DNA from: a virus
Virus record (IMG/VR): IMGVR_UViG_3300033232_000010
Coordinates: 1-51,480 of that record
Reading direction: 5' to 3' (one strand)
Length of the DNA stretch: 51,480 nt
Shown piece after piece: positions 30,360-36,260 of the stretch (position 1 is its first letter; each line of letters opens with the position of its first letter). Made by a program: the position numbers and the translations under genes. A model generated the notes under the pieces. It was given only the letters and a program-made list of their open reading frames with translations. It was not told the origin of the DNA and ran no database searches.

Positions 30360-31346
30360 TTAAAAAAGGACTTCTTGGTGGGCGATTGACCACGATGTAA
30401 AGGCCCGTGTGTTGGCAAGGTCAGGATCACGCCGCGTCGCCATCGACATGGACAGCACGCTAAATTCTGGCGGTATCCTCTCGATGTACTGGCAGACCCG
30501 CTCCAAGTTGCCCGAAGTAGCCCGTTGTGCAAGAGCACCGGACAGGGCATACAACGTTGCAGGGTCAGTCGGCACGTCTGCTGTGGCCGGATTCAGCAGG
30601 ATGGCATCAGGGTTTGGCAGCTTCCTGAAAATGCGGATAAACCCAACGAACTCGGCAGCAGCACCCTCACCCACAGCACCCTTGAAGCACTCGAACTCGG
30701 CCTCAGCAGGGACAGTGCCGATCACGTCACTGACACCCTCCATCCACGCTCGTGGAGTGGCGTTCTGATCACGCTGAGGGTCGAAGTCGTGCAACAGACC
30801 GGGCCGAAAGCGGATGAAACTGACCACCTCAGGCTTGGCGCCGTGGTTAAGGGCCCACGAAGTCCAGTCATCGAGGTGGGTTTCAAGCTCCAGCACTGTC
30901 TCTCTGTTACGCAGGTGGCTCAGCACCCGGTTGGCCCCAGCACGGTCGGACTGTCTGTTGCCCGTGCTGATCACCTGCCATCCATCGGGCATGGGGACAC
31001 CATGCAGTGTCCGGGCTTGGCAGATGTTTGCCAAGACCTTTTGCAAGTCAGGCCCCGCTTGGTTGCGGTCATCGAACAGCAGGATGCCACGCTCTGGGGC
31101 CTTGCCCTTGACCGGGAACCACTCGGGAAGCTTGTAGTCCAGCTTGCCGTCGGTGCTTGGATACAGCACCCCAAAGTCCTCGACCAGCATGGTCGGCATA
31201 TGCCGCTCGACGCAGGGAATGTCCAACTCGTTGGCAACTTCGTGGACGATGGTGGTCTTGCCACCACCGGGAGCACCCTCAATTGATAGGGTACGGGTGA
31301 TGGGAAACAGAGACTTGATGGTCTCCTTCAAAAGTTTAGCTCGCAT
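30360..31346 (-). CDS. MoxR/CobS-like AAA+ ATPase.
   Basis: Walker A 'EGAPGGGKTT' and Walker B 'GILLFDD'. Start set at MRAKLL (31346) after 'gagaggaaaaatc'. Confidence 0.8.
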   Translation of the reverse strand: MRAKLLKETIKSLFPITRTLSIEGAPGGGKTTIVHEVANELDIPCVERHMPTMLVEDFGVLYPSTDGKLDYKLPEWFPVKGKAPERGILLFDDRNQAGPDLQKVLANICQARTLHGVPMPDGWQVISTGNRQSDRAGANRVLSHLRNRETVLELETHLDDWTSWALNHGAKPEVVSFIRFRPGLLHDFDPQRDQNATPRAWMEGVSDVIGTVPAEAEFECFKGAVGEGAAAEFVGFIRIFRKLPNPDAILLNPATADVPTDPATLYALSGALAQRATSGNLERVCQYIERIPPEFSVLSMSMATRRDPDLANTRAFTSWSIAHQEVLF

Positions 31347-31569
31347 GATTTTTCCTCTCGGATTTTGGTGTATGGTCAGGGCCGTGGGATACCACGAAGA
31401 TCGGGGTCGCCAGCCCCGTGTTGAGTTCGTCTCTCTGTCGTTTCGCTTCCTCCTTGTCGTTGAAATAGATAAAATTCCCCTTGGTGTCGCGCACCTTGGG
31501 GCCGTACTTGCCGTACCGCAGGCAAAAAAGCCTGAGCTCAGCGGTTGATGAAAACACATGCATATTCAT
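31336..31569 (-). CDS. Hypothetical protein (77 aa).
   Basis: ATG at 31569 preceded by 'aagggggaacggc'. Confidence 0.5.
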   Translation of the reverse strand: MNMHVFSSTAELRLFCLRYGKYGPKVRDTKGNFIYFNDKEEAKRQRDELNTGLATPIFVVSHGPDHTPKSERKNHAS

Positions 31570-31687
31570 GCCGTTCCCCCTTTGCGTCAATGTAAGTTTC
31601 ACCACAGCCCGCCACCCATTCGATCAGGGCGACGGCCCACAACATGGCGACCAGTACGGCCACCATGAGCGCAAGTAACGCTTTCAT
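31538..31687 (-). CDS. Possible small membrane protein (49 aa; below the ORF-track cutoff).
   Basis: My own translation is MKALLALMVAVLVAMLWAVALIEWVAGCGETYIDAKGERHEYACVFINR. Its ATG overlaps the upstream stop (ATGA) and 'aggaagt' lies upstream. Confidence 0.35.
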   Translation of the reverse strand: MKALLALMVAVLVAMLWAVALIEWVAGCGETYIDAKGERHEYACVFINR

Positions 31688-32280
31688 ACTTCCTCCCCCT
31701 CTTCGTCGTTAAGCCCATTGGCCACAATGGTGTCCCACACAGCCTCGTCACTGGTGAGGTAGTCATACTCCTTTCCCAAGGATGTATACAGGTCTCTCAT
31801 GTGCCCCCTGAACGCTTCTGCGCAGTCAGCGGCCAGTGTGCTGCCATCGAACTGCTGCAACACTGCCTGCCATGCTTTTGACCGGATGTCGTCAACCGGA
31901 TAGGGGCTGTAGTTCTCGACGAACTCCTCGTCGATGTACTCGTACCCGTCAGGCATCGGCATCTCGACGTCGAAGTCGACACATCGTTCGTGGTAATAGT
32001 GGTCTGAGTGCTTGGCGCTGAAGCGAAAGTGCTCTTTGGCATGCTGGATCAGCGCACTGTCGGTGTACCCCAATGACTTGAGGAACAGCCCCCAGTCGGC
32101 CACCTCCCCCTCAAAGCAGGCGCCGTCCCCCTGACTGGAGAACCCGCTAAAGTAAATTCGATCGACGTGGATGCCGACGGCCTTCATCTGCTCCTTGAAG
32201 TCGGCCTCCATGTCCTCCCACCAACTGTGGTCGTCCACGTTTATGTACAGGTAATAATCCAGCAGGTCTTGCTTGCTCAT
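31684..32280 (-). CDS. Strongly acidic hypothetical protein.
   Basis: 198 aa from MSKQDLL. The ATG overlaps the upstream stop. It is very rich in Asp/Glu and ends in 'NGLNDEEGEEV'. Confidence 0.65.
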   Translation of the reverse strand: MSKQDLLDYYLYINVDDHSWWEDMEADFKEQMKAVGIHVDRIYFSGFSSQGDGACFEGEVADWGLFLKSLGYTDSALIQHAKEHFRFSAKHSDHYYHERCVDFDVEMPMPDGYEYIDEEFVENYSPYPVDDIRSKAWQAVLQQFDGSTLAADCAEAFRGHMRDLYTSLGKEYDYLTSDEAVWDTIVANGLNDEEGEEV

Positions 32281-32645
32281 ACTGCGACCCCCCCCAACAA
32301 GCGGGACTGAATCAGCCCACGGTATCCCTTGTTCACAAGGGTTTGCATTCCCGCAGTGGACAACCAATGCATCTTGGCACCATCCCAAACAGGGCGGGCA
32401 TAACGCTGGTGTCGTGTCGTTGATCTGCTGTACTTATCCCGGTTGGCGAACCACCGGGTTTCACCGTCAATAGTGACGGCGACGTAGATTGGGAAGTGAT
32501 GGGCGTAGCTGTAAACCACGTACCCATGCTGTCCCTCTGCGCTGATCGCAAAGACAGCGCAGAAAAACACCCCGAACAGGTTAGACCCTGTAAAGGGCTG
32601 CTGCTTTACGACGAACTCCCGACAGTCCTTGTTGGCAATCTTCAT
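32277..32645 (-). CDS. Hypothetical protein.
   Basis: ATG at 32645 (MKIANK) preceded by 'gaggagttgtcca'. The track start at 32702 is a GTG further upstream. Confidence 0.6.
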   Translation of the reverse strand: MKIANKDCREFVVKQQPFTGSNLFGVFFCAVFAISAEGQHGYVVYSYAHHFPIYVAVTIDGETRWFANRDKYSRSTTRHQRYARPVWDGAKMHWLSTAGMQTLVNKGYRGLIQSRLLGGVAV

Positions 32646-32736
32646 TGGACAACTCCTCAGATGGTTAACGATGCAACAGTGCATCCACAAGCCCTCTGTC
32701 ACAGGGCTTGTAGTGGGCTGTCAGCTTAGCTGTTAA

Positions 32737-32988
32737 TCAGGAATGGAAGCCGTAGTGGTCGCCGTGCCACACGGCACCAATGGTGCATCCGCGTTCACCA
32801 TCATCCTTGCTGTAGACGGCAAGGAGGTCGGTTTCACCATCCCCGTAGATGGTTACGTGGGGGTACACCATCCCCCAAGTTGCCAGGTAACCGATGGCGG
32901 TGAACAGCTTGTCCCAAGTGCCGATGGTTTCGGCGATTTTGGTTAAGTTGCCGTTGGTAATGCGTATCTCTACGGTGCGATCAGACAT
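32737..32988 (-). CDS. Hypothetical protein.
   Basis: 83-aa ORF in the operon. Confidence 0.55.
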   Translation of the reverse strand: MSDRTVEIRITNGNLTKIAETIGTWDKLFTAIGYLATWGMVYPHVTIYGDGETDLLAVYSKDDGERGCTIGAVWHGDHYGFHS

Positions 32989-33229
32989 GATGTGCTCCTT
33001 CGTTGTAGTACAACCCCAGCATGGCGAGTTCTGCGGTGCCGTAGACTTTTGAGCTACCGCAGGTCGAACAGACGTACTTTGCAGCGTCAGGTTCTACGCT
33101 ATCCTCGACATTGCCACATGCCAAGCAGAAACCTTGGCACTCGTCGTCCATGTCCTGTAGCAGGACATTGCTCGGCATGTACTGCCGTTTTCCACTTTTT
33201 GCAGTGTATGGTTTGTAAATCTCAGCCAT
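32981..33229 (-). CDS. Hypothetical zinc-ribbon protein.
   Basis: CxxC...CxxC pattern ('CLACGN...CSTCGS'). SD 'aaggagcacatc' precedes the start. Confidence 0.6.
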   Translation of the reverse strand: MAEIYKPYTAKSGKRQYMPSNVLLQDMDDECQGFCLACGNVEDSVEPDAAKYVCSTCGSSKVYGTAELAMLGLYYNEGAHHV

Positions 33230-33299
33230 GATGTGCTCCTTACAATGTTAAAAATACTCTACAGAGGGCTCTGTAAAGGGGCCATCGAGGCCCAAACCC

Positions 33300-33328
33300 A
33301 GTCTAGCTCGGCGGCGCTGGCGTGTCAA
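33300..33328 (-). promoter_or_regulatory. Sigma70-like promoter (minus strand): TTGACA-N17-TAGACT.
   Basis: The minus strand reads 'TTGACAcgccagcgccgccgagcTAGACT'. It lies about 70 nt upstream of the ATG at 33229. Confidence 0.45.
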
Positions 33329-33367
33329 GTTGCGGCTGATTTCCCAAGAGAATCGGCAACTTGACAC
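33322..33367. repeat. Perfect 12-bp inverted repeat, GTGTCAAGTTGC...GCAACTTGACAC, with a 22-nt spacer.
   Basis: Read directly. The left arm overlaps the -35 of the promoter above. It sits just downstream of the RHH gene stop. Confidence 0.8.
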
Positions 33368-33377
33368 AGGCCACTGC

Positions 33378-33569
33378 CTACTCCGTGTCGTCAATGAAAC
33401 TGGCTAAAGGGTCGATGTCTTCGGGTTTCGGGGGGTTGTATCCAGTTTCTTTTGCAATGGCGCGCAGAACTATACAGCTTACTGGTGTAAATTGGCCTGT
33501 GGCGTACCGTGTAAGGTGCTGGTAAAGGTCAGTTGGGACACGGACGTGGAGGGTCTTTTTAGGGATCAT
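33378..33569 (-). CDS. Ribbon-helix-helix (Arc/CopG-like) DNA-binding protein.
   Basis: 63 aa from MIPKK. SD 'aggagaaccatt' precedes the start. 'KKTLHVRVPTDLYQHLTRYA' fits a beta-strand plus helix RHH N-terminus. Confidence 0.6.
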   Translation of the reverse strand: MIPKKTLHVRVPTDLYQHLTRYATGQFTPVSCIVLRAIAKETGYNPPKPEDIDPLASFIDDTE

Positions 33570-33610
33570 AATGGTTCTCCTGAGTTGTTTACACCACATG
33601 GTGCGGAGCT

Positions 33611-33619
33611 AGTATAACA
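33611..33619 (-). promoter_or_regulatory. Candidate extended -10 promoter element (TGTTATACT) for the leftward operon.
   Basis: The minus strand reads 'TGtTATACT' about 42 nt upstream of the RHH ATG. It abuts the first iteron. Confidence 0.35.
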
Positions 33620-33826
33620 CAACTGCTACACAATCGTACACAACTGCTACACAATCGTACACAACTGCTCTAAGAAAGCGGCGGGGGGTACGCGCGCAAC
33701 TGCTACACAATCGTACACAACTGCTACACAATCGTACACAACTGCTACACAATCGTACACAACTGCTACCTGCCCTTTAGTAGCAGGTTGGTACACAACT
33801 GCTACACAATCGTACACAACTGCTAC
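33619..33826. repeat. Iteron arrays built from a 21-bp unit, ACAACTGCTAC+ACAATCGTAC, in three blocks.
   Basis: The blocks are 33619-33669, 33697-33769 and 33795-33826. There are about nine copies of the 11-mer and six of the 10-mer. Confidence 0.9.
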
Positions 33827-33839
33827 CCACTTTTTTGCG

Positions 33840-34440
33840 AAAACCACAGATAATCTAAACTTGACATGTAAACAATCTACTTTTTTGGGGTGTGTAGATG
33901 TAAACTTAGATCGCGTAAGTTGTTGATTTTAAACGATGTTGCACTGCACAATCTAAATAATCTACGTTTTTGGGGGTATGTGTACCAGAAAAAATTAGGG
34001 AGCTTGAGATTTCATAATGTGAAATTGAGAAAATCTCACGAGGTGGTATACCTATAAATAGTATATTTTTTAACTCATATATATCGTCAGCGACTGTGGA
34101 TTTTTCCGCAGATTTGCGTAAGTGGTTGATTTCGTTGGTTTTTCTGCTAACTTGACACGTGTAAACTTGTAAAGTTAGAGCATGTAAAGCGGACTTCCGC
34201 GCGACTGGTTAATCGTAGATTGTTTAGATTGTTCTGCATTGCTGGCAAACTTGACACATTTTGCACCAAACTTGACGTAAACCGCGCGCGAGCCATGAAC
34301 TTGGCACAGGCAGCTTGAACCGCGCGATGTAAAACCGGCGTAAGGGCGAGCAATGACCCCCCGACGTATAGTCTATAAAACTAACACATGCGATGACCCT
34401 CCAAAGACCCTCCACTGGCGCTCGGTGGCAAAACGAAAGG
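33840..34440. promoter_or_regulatory. Non-coding, AT-rich control / ori-like region with several repeated motif families.
   Basis: There is no credible ORF. It contains an AT-rich stretch at 34040-34085, a palindrome at 34006-34037, and repeated AATCTAAAyAATCTAC, GCGTAAGTnGTTGATTT and AACTTGACA motifs. Confidence 0.6.
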
Positions 34441-34441
34441 C

Positions 34442-34476
34442 AAAAAGAAAACCCGCTCACCTTGCGGTGGCGGGTT
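34442..34476 (-). terminator. Rho-independent terminator (minus strand).
   Basis: Stem aacccgc(t)cacc / ggtggcgggtt with a 4-nt loop, followed on the minus strand by 'TTTCTTTTTG'. Confidence 0.7.
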
Positions 34477-34480
34477 GCAG

Positions 34481-34567
34481 TCAGAAGCCCATAACTACTA
34501 CCAACAAAAAGTAGAGAAAGGGCGCCGCGACCAGCGCGGCCAGAAATACCCTCATATCATCGTTCAT
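34481..34567 (-). CDS. Possible 28-aa hydrophobic peptide.
   Basis: My own translation is MNDDMRVFLAALVAAPFLYFLLVVVMGF. 'ggagcgttt' precedes the ATG. It lies between two terminators. Confidence 0.3.
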   Translation of the reverse strand: MNDDMRVFLAALVAAPFLYFLLVVVMGF

Positions 34568-34576
34568 AAACGCTCC

Positions 34577-34616
34577 AAAAAATTAAAAAGAAACCCGAAG
34601 CCTGTCACGCTTCGGG
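34577..34616 (-). terminator. Rho-independent terminator (minus strand).
   Basis: Stem cccgaagc/gcttcggg (8 bp, 7-nt loop), followed on the minus strand by 'TTTCTTTTTAATTTTTTG'. Confidence 0.7.
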
Positions 34617-34624
34617 TACTTAGG

Positions 34625-34924
34625 TTATGCCAGTTTCGTCACGGCATTTCGTTTGGCCTGCCCGTCTTCACGCTTCGGAAGAAGCGCAATGTAGGGGTTC
34701 CCGTACCGGTTCGCCAGTAGCACCGGCTCGGTGCCGTCCTTTACCATGAACAGAGAGTACTTATTCACACTGGCCTTGCGAGCTTTCGCCAGCTTGGTCA
34801 ATGTGGTGTAGCACTCTGCCGCGTTCTCGGCAGAGAATTTGCCATCGCTGTCGGCCTTAAGGGCTATTTCGCCCTTGGTGTTGAGTACTATTGACACGGT
34901 GCCATCATAGGTTTTTGCGGCCAT
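34625..34924 (-). CDS. Hypothetical protein (99 aa).
   Basis: ORF with 'aggagatagaa' upstream of the ATG and its own terminator. Confidence 0.6.
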   Translation of the reverse strand: MAAKTYDGTVSIVLNTKGEIALKADSDGKFSAENAAECYTTLTKLAKARKASVNKYSLFMVKDGTEPVLLANRYGNPYIALLPKREDGQAKRNAVTKLA

Positions 34925-35308
34925 TTCTATCTCCTAGGTGATAACCCTGATCCGGTGGCGAAATGCAACCTTCAAATCAAGGCCATCATTCAAAGAGACA
35001 AAAATAGCACCTTGTTAAAGAGCGGGAAACCTGCCGAGCAGTGCGATCACTGCATCGACAAATCCAGACTTACATAAATTGACATTGTTGTCAAGTATGC
35101 AATGGTTTTGCTGGCCACAGGCGCCGCCAAAGCCTCGGGCAACCCAAATCCCACAATCGCAACATGGCAAGAGGGGGGGGGACATGGCTGGCGAAAAATG
35201 ACCCCCCGCCGTATATACCCAAACCCCTTAAACCAAGACCCAAAAAATAGCACGTGTAAAGTTAGCTTTTTGCAGTACACTCCCACTCACCCGTATATCC
35301 TTGGAGGT

Positions 35309-35554
35309 ATGATGAAGCTACCCAATATCGCATACGACAAAGCCCTGCACCTTATTGCCGGACTGCTGGTGTTCACCATTGTGCTGCCGTACTCTGCAGA
35401 CATGGCTCTTGTGGCCGCAGTCGCTGCTGGTGCAGGCAAAGAAGCCTACGACCGTGTTGCCGGGCCGGGCACCTCGGAATTCATGGACTTTGCAGCGACT
35501 TTCGCCGGTGGCCTGTGGGGGTACATGATCGTGCTGCTTGCGACCCGGTTTTGA
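35309..35554 (+). CDS. Small membrane protein.
   Basis: ATG at 35309 after 'ttggaggt'. Two or three hydrophobic segments (LHLIAGLLVFTIVLPY, ALVAAVAAGAG, FAGGLWGYMIVLLA). The track start at 35102 covers intergenic DNA. Confidence 0.6.
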   Translation: MMKLPNIAYDKALHLIAGLLVFTIVLPYSADMALVAAVAAGAGKEAYDRVAGPGTSEFMDFAATFAGGLWGYMIVLLATRF

Positions 35555-35587
35555 CACCCCTGTCACTTCTGGTGGTACACTGGCCGC

Positions 35588-36073
35588 ATGGACAACCTAC
35601 CGCTGAACCACACCAAATGGAACGACAGGCTGGCCTTCGACGTGGCGCTGACCCTCGAAGGCAGTGGAGAGACGCTTCAGGAGCTCATGGGGCGCCACAA
35701 CATCACGGCCAACGACATCCTCGTGTTCAACGCCGACCCCATCTTCTTGAAGAAGGTGGAGCACTACCGCACCGAGGTGCGCGACAAGGGGCTGACGTTC
35801 AAGCTCAAAGCCCGGGCGCAAGCTGAGGAGTTGTTGACGACCTCATGGCTGCTGATCCACGATCCAGCTGTTTCCCCGGCCGTGAAGGCCGACCTGATCA
35901 AGTCCACTGTGAAGTGGGCGGGGTTGGAGCCCAAAGACAGTACTGTCCCCGATGGCGGTAGTGGTGGTGTCAAAATCACCATCAACCTTGGCCCGAACCC
36001 CGGCGACGCGCGCACCATTGAAGCCCCTGTTTACGAAGTTGAAGCCGAAGATGCAACTGCCCTCGAATATTGA
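35588..36073 (+). CDS. Putative terminase small subunit.
   Basis: 161-aa ORF immediately upstream of the large terminase. Assigned by position only. Confidence 0.45.
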   Translation: MDNLPLNHTKWNDRLAFDVALTLEGSGETLQELMGRHNITANDILVFNADPIFLKKVEHYRTEVRDKGLTFKLKARAQAEELLTTSWLLIHDPAVSPAVKADLIKSTVKWAGLEPKDSTVPDGGSGGVKITINLGPNPGDARTIEAPVYEVEAEDATALEY

Positions 36074-36260
36074 AGACCTGTTCACCCAAAATTTCAATGG
36101 GTTTCGCGCGTTCAAACTGCGCAGTGCAAGCGAAGCCATCGCGGTGGAGAACGAGCTCGCGCGGCAGGAACGTTCGTTCCAGACTAGGATCACACGGAGC
36201 AAAAAACACGGGCGGGAGTTTGTGATTCTGCTGGTCGAAGGAGCTCCCGCATGGCTTTAG
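36051..36260 (+). CDS. Possible small protein bridging the terS and terL genes.
   Basis: 69 aa from MQLPSN ('FRAFKLRSASEAIAVENELARQERSF' looks protein-like). It overlaps both neighbours, and its ribosome-binding site is weak. Confidence 0.3.
   Translation: MQLPSNIEDLFTQNFNGFRAFKLRSASEAIAVENELARQERSFQTRITRSKKHGREFVILLVEGAPAWL

Noticed and set aside
33619-33826. Could the repeat blocks be a CRISPR array?
   Set aside because: The units are contiguous 21-mers with no unique spacers of 25-40 nt, and no cas genes are present. Iterons or operators explain them better.
33647-33847. 66-aa minus-strand ORF with 'VAVVYDCVAVVYDC...'.
   Set aside because: It is an artefact of translating the 21-bp iterons.
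33858-34277. Plus-strand AACTTGACA motifs read as four rightward sigma70 promoters.
   Set aside because: None has a convincing -10 at 16-18 nt, and there is no plus-strand gene downstream. They are kept only as repeated motifs or possible binding sites.
34296-34316. Sigma54-like 'TTGGCACaggcaGCTTGA'.
   Set aside because: The GG-to-GC spacing is 2 nt short of the -24/-12 consensus.
34475-34720. 81-aa plus-strand ORF.
   Set aside because: It runs through two minus-strand terminators and the 3' end of the 99-aa gene, and it is Lys/Arg-rich junk.
35102-35308. Upstream extension of the membrane-protein ORF.
   Set aside because: It covers the intergenic promoter region, including the G9 tract. 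A good SD (ggagg) precedes the ATG at 35309.
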